Shown: positions 1-8,099 of the stretch, piece by piece
Position numbering within the stretch: position 1 is the first letter of the stretch
Layout: every line of letters begins with the position of its first letter
Assembly (NCBI GenBank): GCA_028285305.1
Contig: JANQPV010000022.1
Span: forward strand, 137,322-201,321
Direction: 5' to 3'
Length of the DNA: 64,000 nt
DNA from: Alphaproteobacteria bacterium
Lineage (GTDB): Bacteria > Pseudomonadota > Alphaproteobacteria > SMXP01
The notes under the pieces: model-generated
Database searches by the model: none
Told to the model about the DNA's origin: nothing
Seen by the model: the letters and a program-made list of their open reading frames with translations, nothing else
Translations under genes and position numbers: made by a program

Positions 1-406
1 ACTCGGGTGCCGGGTCGGTGATCATGTACTCTATGTAGCTCAACAGCTCGTCGATTTGTTGTGGTTCCAGTTCAAAGGCGGGCATGTCTCTGTGACCGAC
101 CACAATCCCTTCTGCCAGAGCTTCTTCAAGGGCGTATACGGGGTATTGCCTAAATACCTCACGAAACGGAGGGGCACTTTCATGGGCACTTGTGTCTCTC
201 AAGCCAATCGCGTGACACATGGCACACATGGTGGCCGCGATCTCTTCACCGTTTGCTCTCATATCGGTGGGGGAGAGGGTTAAGTCATCCATCTCTTGGG
301 GTTTGGCGAGCGCGGCGTTGGTCGTTAAGGCAATCAACATGACACAGATGGCAAGAATGCCGCTCCACTGCATTGGGTGCGCGTTAGGACGTGCGATGGT
401 TTTCAT
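1..406 (-). CDS. c-type cytochrome (class I, monoheme), 3' end beyond the window edge
   Basis: Manual translation from ATG at 406: MKTIARPNAHPMQWSGILAICVMLIALTTNAALAKPQ...EIAATMCAMCHAIG...APPFR...LEEALAEGIVVGHRDMPAFEL...; signal peptide, CxxCH heme motif, distal Met. No stop before position 1, so absent from the ORF track. Confidence 0.88.
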   Translation of the reverse strand, partial: MKTIARPNAHPMQWSGILAICVMLIALTTNAALAKPQEMDDLTLSPTDMRANGEEIAATMCAMCHAIGLRDTSAHESAPPFREVFRQYPVYALEEALAEGIVVGHRDMPAFELEPQQIDELLSYIEYMITDPAPE

Positions 407-497
407 GAATTTGGTCTCTGTTGAGTTAGAAGCTTAAGGCTCGGGAGATACTTAGCCTATTTTGGATAACGTGTGGTGCATTTTTCTGCGCGCATTT

Positions 498-1007
498 TCA
501 TTTGTGGGAAGACTTCACTCCAATTATTGCACTTTCAATTTCCCTGCGGATTTCCGTCGGGCGGGCTAGAACTGGAAACTCGATGATTGCAACGCCGGTT
601 CCGCGAACGGTGATCGAGCCAAAGCCGAAAATGCGTCCCAGCACCGACTGGTGGAGCACCACTTCTTCAATGTTGTCGAGATTGACTTCCCTGGTGTCGC
701 GAGCAATCCACCCGCGCTTGAGAATAAGCCGCTCAGAAGTCACGGCTAAAACGGTGGTCCATCGATGAATGTATCGATACAGAAGGAATAAAGCCGAGAG
801 CGCGAACAATGAGCCGGCCGCGAACGTAAAGAATTCACTGACCATGTCGATTTGCAAGTACTGCCTGAATAGCTCAAACGCCCAAATGGCGGCTGGCGTT
901 GAGCCAATGGCAAACCACATCCAACTGATCGCATCATATGTCCAGTTGAACTTTGCCCGATAGAGGTAGTCTTCCTCTGCTGCAAGGGTACTCTTCACGT
1001 AACCCAC
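498..1007 (-). CDS. bacterial PH-domain (bPH_2/YdbS-like) membrane protein
   Basis: Two TM segments followed by VTSERLILKRGWIARDTREVNLDNIEEV...QSVLGRIFGFGSITVRGTG, typical of bPH_2. Confidence 0.8.
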   Translation of the reverse strand: MGYVKSTLAAEEDYLYRAKFNWTYDAISWMWFAIGSTPAAIWAFELFRQYLQIDMVSEFFTFAAGSLFALSALFLLYRYIHRWTTVLAVTSERLILKRGWIARDTREVNLDNIEEVVLHQSVLGRIFGFGSITVRGTGVAIIEFPVLARPTEIRREIESAIIGVKSSHK

Positions 1008-1157
1008 AGGATCTCCTTTTGTGAGTGCGTGTTTGATCGTTGTGCGATCTTAAGGAGATACCCGGCTTAACGTTTGATTTGGGTCAATCAAAAGCTGCCG
1101 CAAAATGCGCACATGTTGCGTGTCAGAGATTATTCAACACAAGCTTAGGATTCGTCT

Positions 1158-2801
1158 ATGTCGAGCGTTTTGCTGGCTCTCGGAGGATTGGGGCTCTTCC
1201 TCATCGGCATGCAAGTGCTGACCGAGGGATTGCGGGGTCTCGCCGGCCGCTCGCTGCGGCGTCTGCTTGTCAGTTTCACCCGCACGCCAGCAAGCGGGGC
1301 CCTTACGGGGGCCCTGTCGACCGCCATTGTGCAATCCTCGAGTGCGACAACAGTGACGGCGGTCGGGTTTGTGAGCGCCGGGCTTCTTACTTTTCCTCAG
1401 GCCCTCGGAATCATCTTTGGTGCGAATATCGGCACGACGATTACCGGCTGGATCGTGGCGTTGATCGGTTTCAAACTTCAGTTGACACAAGTTGTCATGC
1501 CACTGATTTTTATAGGCGCGCTTCTCAAACTCTTTGGACGCGGAAGAGTGAAGAGCATCGGATGGGCGGTTGCGGGCTTCAGTCTTCTCTTCATCGGGAT
1601 TGAAGGGTTGCAGCAAGGTCTGGCGGCGTTTGAGGGGGTGGTGACACCTCAATCGTTTCCTGCGGATACGCTCTGGGGCCGGTTCCAGCTGGTGATTATT
1701 GGCATCTTGATCACACTTGTGACGCAGTCTTCCAGCGCAGGTGTGGCGACGGCCTTAGTGGCCCTTGGCACAGGTGCCATCTCTTTTCCCCAAGCGGCCG
1801 CGCTTGTGATTGGAATGGATGTGGGCACGACCTTTACCGCTGCGATTGCCACTCTGGGGGGATCGACGTCCACGCGGCGGACAGGATACGCTCATGTTAT
1901 CTATAACTGCCTGACAGGTTTGATGGCATTCGCCCTTCTGACACCTTATAGTGCGCTTGTTATCCCGCTCTTGTCTTTGGACAATCCGGGGGATGCGCAA
2001 ATTGCGGTGGTCGCCTTCCATACCTTGTTTAATGGGCTTGGCGTCTTGGTTATCATTGGCTTTACACATCAGTTCGCGCGCTTGATCGAGCGGCTGGTTC
2101 CGGAGCGCGGGCCAAACTTGGTCGGTTTGTTGGATGAGGGTTTGCTGACGGATTCGAATGCCGCCCTTGATGCGGCGCAGGGGTCCATCCGCAAGATTGC
2201 ATTGGCCGCATTCGATTATCTCGACAATGAACTCCAACAGTGTCGCGGTGCCTCTGATCACTCTACACAATCGCTCAAAAATGCAATCGAAACAGCGTAC
2301 GTATATGTCTCCACTATTGGGGCCTCGGCAAAAGATGCGCAGGCGCACCAACGGCTTCAGACTCTTTTGCACCTGCTCGATCATCTTTCTCGCCTGATCG
2401 ACAGAGCTAGTGACCAGGATCGTCTTCAAGCGATCACTCGTTTGGATTCACTCGATCATGAAAAGACGGAGTTGCTGAACGCTCTCGGTATGGTTCAACA
2501 GGACCGTTTAAACAAAGATCAAGTGCAAAGCTTGAATCGTTTGCGAAAAGAGCTTCGAGAGCGGCGCCATTCGCTACGCGCCTCCGTTTTCGAAGCGACT
2601 GCGGGAGGTGGCTTAGATGCGGACGTTACATCGACTCTCACCGATGGTATCCGGTGGCTTCACCGGGTAGCCTATCATATTTGGCGGATCGGGTACTATC
2701 TTGAGCTAGCGCAATTCGGTGAGCATGCGGAGGACATCGGTCCCGCGGAGCGTCTTTATGATCTCTCCGAAGACGACGATGGGACGCCTCGGATCATATA
2801 G
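1158..2801 (+). CDS. Na/Pi cotransporter family protein (NptA/YjbB-like) with helical PhoU-like C-terminus
   Basis: GGLGLFLIGM, duplicated QSSS motifs (VQSSSAT, TQSSSAG), GANIGTT and GMDVGTT. Confidence 0.9.
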   Translation: MSSVLLALGGLGLFLIGMQVLTEGLRGLAGRSLRRLLVSFTRTPASGALTGALSTAIVQSSSATTVTAVGFVSAGLLTFPQALGIIFGANIGTTITGWIVALIGFKLQLTQVVMPLIFIGALLKLFGRGRVKSIGWAVAGFSLLFIGIEGLQQGLAAFEGVVTPQSFPADTLWGRFQLVIIGILITLVTQSSSAGVATALVALGTGAISFPQAAALVIGMDVGTTFTAAIATLGGSTSTRRTGYAHVIYNCLTGLMAFALLTPYSALVIPLLSLDNPGDAQIAVVAFHTLFNGLGVLVIIGFTHQFARLIERLVPERGPNLVGLLDEGLLTDSNAALDAAQGSIRKIALAAFDYLDNELQQCRGASDHSTQSLKNAIETAYVYVSTIGASAKDAQAHQRLQTLLHLLDHLSRLIDRASDQDRLQAITRLDSLDHEKTELLNALGMVQQDRLNKDQVQSLNRLRKELRERRHSLRASVFEATAGGGLDADVTSTLTDGIRWLHRVAYHIWRIGYYLELAQFGEHAEDIGPAERLYDLSEDDDGTPRII

Positions 2802-2869
2802 CGAAAAGACTCTTAGAGGCGTTTCAACGCCGTATAGGTTTTACCGGCAAAACGGGTCGGTCCGGTCTC

Positions 2870-4120
2870 TTAAACGGCACCTGCTATGCTGATGACCAAT
2901 TGATAGAGGACGAGGCCCGCGCTTCCCACGCCCCCAACGACCGGAACAATCATTGGGACATTGAAACCGTCTGCACCGCGATTTCTCAGTTTCCAGCGAA
3001 TCAAACCAAAATTGATCATTGAAAAGATGATAAGGGCGAAGAACGACGTGATGCGCGCGAGACTCTCAATGGGAAGAAGGAGAGCAAGAAAGAGAACCGT
3101 TCCTGACACGAGAAGTGTTGCTCGTACGGGCGTGTGGGTGACGGGGTGGACGGCGCCCATGGCAGGAGGAATGGCTCCCATTTTCGCCATGCCGTAAAGG
3201 ACGCGCGAGGCCATGATAATTTGGATGAGAGCGCCGTTTATCACGGAGATAAGTGCGATAAGACTGGCCGTTCGGGAATAGCCTCCGGCCACTTCTTCGA
3301 AGACGTCAGCGACGGGGGCTGAGCTGTCCGCGAGCCGGTCAGGCCCGAGGGCACCGGTCGCAACGAGAGAGACTGCGACATAGATCACCAATGTGCCGAT
3401 CAGTGTCAAGATGATGGCTCGGGGCATAACGCGTTCGACGTCCCTCACCTCTTCGGCCACGTTGACCATGTCTTCAAAGCCAATGAAGGCGTAAAAGGCC
3501 ACCACCGTTGCGGAGAGGATGCCGATCCAGAGTGATGCTTCGAGAGGGACGACAAAGCTGCGCGCCAAATGGGCCGGGTCGACGATGTGTTCGGCACCGG
3601 CGCCGACCAATACGGCCAGAACGCCGATTTCCGCCACGGTGAAAATGGCGGCTACGGTCACGGATTCGGCGATGCCCCAAACGGCGACTGTCGCGAGCGT
3701 GGCAACAAGCACGATCAGAACCAGCCAGTCGGGTAGATCGATGAGGACATCCAAATAGCCGACGAAGCCGGACGCGATGGCGGCGCTGGAGATTGTCCCT
3801 ACCGTGATGACCAGGAAGCCTGTGATCATTGCGAGCCGATCAGAATCGAGAGTGACTTTTATGTAGACCGCCTCGCCCGCACTTAACGGAAAGCGTGATG
3901 ACAATTCAGCGAACGATAAGGCGGTCGCTCCCGCCAGGAACGAAGCCACGATGAACGCCATCGGTGCGCTGTATCCGGCTTCTGCAGCCACGGCGCCCAA
4001 CAAGACGAAAATGCCCGCGCCGATCGTGGTGCCAAGCCCGTACAGAGTGAGCATGGGCAGCGAGAGCGTGCGCTTGAGTTCAGGCGGGGACTCAGATGCT
4101 GTATGCGAAGGCATGGTCAT
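2870..4120 (-). CDS. APC family amino acid permease
   Basis: LKRTLSL..LTLYGLGTTIGAGIFVL, FYAFIGFED, SRVLYGMA; multiple TM segments. Start chosen at MTMPS (4120); the ORF extends to 4162. Confidence 0.9.
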   Translation of the reverse strand: MTMPSHTASESPPELKRTLSLPMLTLYGLGTTIGAGIFVLLGAVAAEAGYSAPMAFIVASFLAGATALSFAELSSRFPLSAGEAVYIKVTLDSDRLAMITGFLVITVGTISSAAIASGFVGYLDVLIDLPDWLVLIVLVATLATVAVWGIAESVTVAAIFTVAEIGVLAVLVGAGAEHIVDPAHLARSFVVPLEASLWIGILSATVVAFYAFIGFEDMVNVAEEVRDVERVMPRAIILTLIGTLVIYVAVSLVATGALGPDRLADSSAPVADVFEEVAGGYSRTASLIALISVINGALIQIIMASRVLYGMAKMGAIPPAMGAVHPVTHTPVRATLLVSGTVLFLALLLPIESLARITSFFALIIFSMINFGLIRWKLRNRGADGFNVPMIVPVVGGVGSAGLVLYQLVISIAGAV

Positions 4121-4225
4121 GGGGCGAGAGCGGTTTAATTTCGATTGGTTCTCGCATAGCATAGATTGCGGGGAGGGGCACCGGGGTGCTGAAGTTTTGT
4201 GTTCGAGGAGGGATCTATAGCACTC

Positions 4226-4606
4226 TCAGATATGTCTGCGCCGGTTCAACAGCATCGCGCTTGCCCCTAGCATCACGGTTTCAAAACTAAGGGCCATTCC
4301 GGTATAGCCTGTAAAATTCCCATCCATGAAAAGACCGATGGTCCGGGTCAGGAGTAAGCCCGCCGACATGATCGCTAAAGCGACGAGAAACGGCCGGACG
4401 AGATCGGCGCGAAAGACCGCCAGAAGGGCGAAGACGCCAATGGAGGCTTGCAGACCTCCATACATGGCGCGGAGTTCCGTTGTGCCTGCGGCCGTGATGG
4501 CCGAAATGCCGGCGGACTCGGCGAGCAGAGCCGGGTCCAAAAAACACATCACCCCGTAAGGCAGCCAGAGAACGACGCAGGCGATCAAGAAAATCCGTTC
4601 CAACAT
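4226..4606 (-). CDS. DUF4345-like small membrane protein
   Basis: Four hydrophobic segments, TELRAMYGGLQ motif; GGAG RBS upstream. Confidence 0.7.
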   Translation of the reverse strand: MLERIFLIACVVLWLPYGVMCFLDPALLAESAGISAITAAGTTELRAMYGGLQASIGVFALLAVFRADLVRPFLVALAIMSAGLLLTRTIGLFMDGNFTGYTGMALSFETVMLGASAMLLNRRRHI

Positions 4607-4621
4607 GTTTATCTCCGGGGG

Positions 4622-5053
4622 CTATGGCAGCGGCGTAAAGGCGCCGGGCGTTCCTTCGGCGGTGTAGAGCACGTGATAGGCGCGGCTTTTGAAACGCCAT
4701 TCGCCATCTTCCCTGATGTATTCATCTGCATACGTGCCGACAGCCATGATATCCTTGTCCGAACCCTTAGGCTGAAGAAACTCGGTCAGGTACCAGCGGC
4801 CGGTCGCCTGGTCACCTTCGATTTCGATGGTGCCTTGATAGACCACTTGCAGAGCATGATCAAAGCCGCCCATGGCGCCGCGCCAGAGTTCGACCACCGC
4901 CTCCCGGCCCTCAACCGCGGTGCCGGGCAGGGTCCACGCGCCCGTCTTGGACCAGGTGCTTGCCCAGAGTTTTTCGTCCTTTCGATTAACGGCATCGGCA
5001 TAGGCGGCAATCAAATGCCGGATGGCGAGTTCGTCTTCAAGCGGATGGCTCAT
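4622..5053 (-). CDS. SnoaL-like / NTF2 family protein
   Basis: LEDELAIRHLIAAYADAVNRKD...GTYADEYIREDGEWRFKSR pattern. Confidence 0.85.
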   Translation of the reverse strand: MSHPLEDELAIRHLIAAYADAVNRKDEKLWASTWSKTGAWTLPGTAVEGREAVVELWRGAMGGFDHALQVVYQGTIEIEGDQATGRWYLTEFLQPKGSDKDIMAVGTYADEYIREDGEWRFKSRAYHVLYTAEGTPGAFTPLP

Positions 5054-5185
5054 GCATCTTTGCTCCCGATTTGCCCATCAATGGAAAATGACGTTTTACC
5101 AGAATCGGCCCCTTCTTGTCACCTTGAACGCTGCGTGCTGAGGGTAGGAGTAGCAAGTCGAACTTGGCGTTTTCCGCCCGCCAGT

Positions 5186-7096
5186 TCATTCACTGCCCGC
5201 CATGGCGTCTTGCGTGGCTCGTGCTGGGGTGAACCAAATGGCCGACGTATACGCGCGTTCTCGCGTCACCGTTGGGATGTGCTCAGGCAACTCCAATCCC
5301 AACCGCTTTGCGTCGTAGGCAGTCCATCGAGGGGTCGGGATCTCGATCACACGAACATAGTAAAAGGCTCGTTGCTCGGGATCGAAATCAGGATCTTTCC
5401 AAACTCTTGATAGAGTGGCCTGACCAATCGAGTTTGTGTAGGTTGCGTTCTCCACGTCCACGGTGTTTCCGACCGAAGACTTACCGTCAATCAATCCGCG
5501 TACGCGTCCCAGCGGACCATATCCGCGCGCGACGTCATAGATTTTCTCCTTTAGTTTTCCGTCTCTCGTTAGCCAGCCTTTGATAATTTGTATACGATCT
5601 AAATTTGCTCCGTCCGGATCCTTAGACGCGCCGACCAAAAATCGCGGCGCACCCTTGCCCGGCCACGACGTCAAGTCGCCACCCATTGGGACGCCTTTCT
5701 CATAACCGACTCGCGCGAAGTCGGGATGATCGGCATCTTTCGATTCAAAATCCCAGCCTCCAAAAAACCTTACAGTTATGCGCGGACCTGTGGAGGCATA
5801 TACTTCGCGTCTTTTCATTGCTTCGAACAAAGACTGTCTTGTGTTTTCTTTCGCCCAAACCGCTGCATAGCCGCTCGCGCTGAGCCTCCAGTTCGACCAA
5901 AGACCCGCGCCCCCTTGACCGGCAGTACCAGCTCCCATATTCGATTGCGTGCGCGCGGGCGATGGCTCTGAGTCCTTAAACTTGCCGAAGAAGTTGTCGT
6001 CGTCCGCGGTCGACATGGCGGTGTGCGAGTCGGTGCTGGCAATCATGCCGAATTTGAAAGGATTAGCCCCGGTCTTTTCTTCGATCGCCAGTCCTAACTT
6101 TAATGCAGATCGGGCGTATTCGTGCTCGAGCATTTCGTTTCTTTTCTCGACCGTGCGGTTTATGTTGTCGGCATCCCATGTTTCGAAATCTGCAAATTCG
6201 TCTTCAGGCGAAAGATAAGGGTGAGCCTCGCCGTCGCCTTTGACTTGTGAGACCTCATACAACGGCTCCCAGCGAGCCCGCGTTATTGCGTATGTCCGAT
6301 CAATGGCTTTGCCGTCCAAGGTCTTGTCATCGAACATCAGGCCGTTGCTGAGATTGCCATTATGCGCGATCGACATTACCCGCCCGCCGGTTTTTTGTTC
6401 GTATCCCGCCAAGTAGGCCCAAAGATCCTCCGGGTCGTTACTATCTTGAGCCGAAAATGGAACGACGCGATCCGCTTTGCCTCGCCCATCTTCAAATATG
6501 ACAACCCTATGCAGATTGTTGCCGTTCGGCGCGGACGTCCATTCATATCCGACAAAGGCCGTAAACTCTCCGGGGCGGTTGTTCTTGTCTGCTATGCGGA
6601 CGACGTCGCTCCAAATTGTCTGTCGCACCCTTTCCGGCATGATTTGCTCAGGAGTTGGATCGGACAATCCGTCCACGAACTCTCCCATCATCGCGGCAAC
6701 GTTTCCTGTTTGCATATATTTTTGCCAGCGGCGGCCTAGACGCGTGTTTGTAACGCTGAGATCACTTCTTGCAAGACGGCTAAATACGCCGATGTATTCG
6801 GCGTGATCGGAAATAACGAGGAAGTCGAGCGGGCGGCGCAGCTTGGCAATCTGTCCGGAGGATGTTGTTATCGGGTTTCCCTGTGCAAATTGGTAGGCGT
6901 CCTCGGCGCTCAATCCTGTCGTTCCGAACGAGTATGCGTCCGGCGAGTTCCGTGTGTGAAGATGCGTGTCTCCCCAATAAACCGTGGTTGGATAATCAAT
7001 GTTCGCGGGTGGAGAGTAGGCTTCTTTTCCTAACGCGGTCACATTTAGTAGTCCTAGGATCGCAGCGATTCGTATCGCGATGGCAGCCAAATTCAT
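5186..7096 (-). CDS. DUF3604 family secreted protein (PHP-like metallohydrolase)
   Basis: Signal peptide; YWGDTHLHT, SDHAEY, GYEWTS, NLHRVV, STDSHT, REVYASTGPR, FYYVRVIEIPTPRW, ERAYTSAIW. Confidence 0.85.
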   Translation of the reverse strand: MNLAAIAIRIAAILGLLNVTALGKEAYSPPANIDYPTTVYWGDTHLHTRNSPDAYSFGTTGLSAEDAYQFAQGNPITTSSGQIAKLRRPLDFLVISDHAEYIGVFSRLARSDLSVTNTRLGRRWQKYMQTGNVAAMMGEFVDGLSDPTPEQIMPERVRQTIWSDVVRIADKNNRPGEFTAFVGYEWTSAPNGNNLHRVVIFEDGRGKADRVVPFSAQDSNDPEDLWAYLAGYEQKTGGRVMSIAHNGNLSNGLMFDDKTLDGKAIDRTYAITRARWEPLYEVSQVKGDGEAHPYLSPEDEFADFETWDADNINRTVEKRNEMLEHEYARSALKLGLAIEEKTGANPFKFGMIASTDSHTAMSTADDDNFFGKFKDSEPSPARTQSNMGAGTAGQGGAGLWSNWRLSASGYAAVWAKENTRQSLFEAMKRREVYASTGPRITVRFFGGWDFESKDADHPDFARVGYEKGVPMGGDLTSWPGKGAPRFLVGASKDPDGANLDRIQIIKGWLTRDGKLKEKIYDVARGYGPLGRVRGLIDGKSSVGNTVDVENATYTNSIGQATLSRVWKDPDFDPEQRAFYYVRVIEIPTPRWTAYDAKRLGLELPEHIPTVTRERAYTSAIWFTPARATQDAMAGSE

Positions 7097-7176
7097 TCAA
7101 ATTGCTCCTTGTAACCACACTCTGGGAACCGACGTCGTGTTTCTGTTCGTCTTCACCTAAGCCTAACCGATTCAAA

Positions 7177-7194
7177 AAAGTCAAACTGTCCGGT
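7177..7194 (-). promoter_or_regulatory. putative TetR operator (ACCGGACAGTTTGACTTT on the minus strand) between the divergent DUF3604 and tetR genes
   Basis: Matches the site at 7982-7999 at 17 of 18 positions. Confidence 0.6.
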
Positions 7195-7285
7195 AAAACG
7201 CTGTTTATTGAAGCAAAGGTCTTGAGCTACGGTTCGAGTTTCGGCGATTCATGGACCCGCGCGCATCTGGAGTACTTTGGAAGAT

Positions 7286-7897
7286 ATGCCCACAACCAAA
7301 CCGAACGAGCTGAGCACCGACAAAGGCATTCGCACCTACGAGCATATTTTAGATGCTGCCGCGCGAGTTGTTTTCGAGACTGGTCTTCCCAATTTCACAT
7401 TCCGAGCTGTAGCAGCGGAAGCAGGACTGTCTCGCGGAGCTTTGCTTCACTACTTTCAAAACAAACAGCAACTTGTTGAGCTGCTCTACGGTCACCTTTG
7501 TGGTCGGCGTGAGAATGAATTAGAGTCGCGTATAGGAGGTTTGACCGAAACGCAGCGGAAAGCGGATCAAGCTGCTACCGAAATAATGCTTGAAGTCGCC
7601 AAGTCACCAAATGCGATAGTTATGCGTGAGATTGAAACTCATTCAAGGACTGATGCCTCTCTCAGGAGGATCGTGAAGAGAGAAAAATCAGCCTTGAGGC
7701 AAAAGCTCTTGGAGTTTTCGAAAGACAATTTCCCCGAGTGGCAATCCGAAGAGAACGTCATTTCAGTCGCGCAAGTCCTTGTATTGTCAATTGCCGATGG
7801 ATTTGCCCACTTTGAAATGTCCGGAGAGGTGTTCGACAATGAAGAGTTCGTTGCGGCCGTAAAAAAGATACTTCGTCACTTGCGCGATAATTCCTAG
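7286..7897 (+). CDS. TetR/AcrR family transcriptional regulator
   Basis: N-terminal HTH: ILDAAARVVFETGLPNFTFRAVAAEAGLSRGALLHYFQNKQQL. Confidence 0.92.
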   Translation: MPTTKPNELSTDKGIRTYEHILDAAARVVFETGLPNFTFRAVAAEAGLSRGALLHYFQNKQQLVELLYGHLCGRRENELESRIGGLTETQRKADQAATEIMLEVAKSPNAIVMREIETHSRTDASLRRIVKREKSALRQKLLEFSKDNFPEWQSEENVISVAQVLVLSIADGFAHFEMSGEVFDNEEFVAAVKKILRHLRDNS

Positions 7898-7927
7898 GTG
7901 TTCACGAACCGCTTTTGATCGCGACAA

Positions 7928-8026
7928 ACCGGACATGTGTCCTAATTATCACAACCGTGTCTCTTATCATCTCTCACTAGAACCGGACAGGTTGACTTTA
8001 ATTGTAAACCGGACAAAATGACGGTT
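7928..8026 (+). promoter_or_regulatory. three ACCGGACA-core operator-like sites upstream of the TonB-dependent receptor
   Basis: ACCGGACAtgTGTCC (7928), ACCGGACAggtTGACTTT (7982), ACCGGACAaaaTGACGGTT (8008); the middle site contains a TTGACT -35-like hexamer. Confidence 0.6.
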
Positions 8027-8099
8027 CTAGTGTCTGTGGATCATGACGTGGTTGGCGTATGCCCGCATGAGCCCACATTCCAAATCGGGAGGGAACTCA

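Noticed and set aside
4448-5410. 320-aa plus-strand ORF
   Set aside because: Overlaps three well-supported minus-strand genes and has no recognisable motifs.
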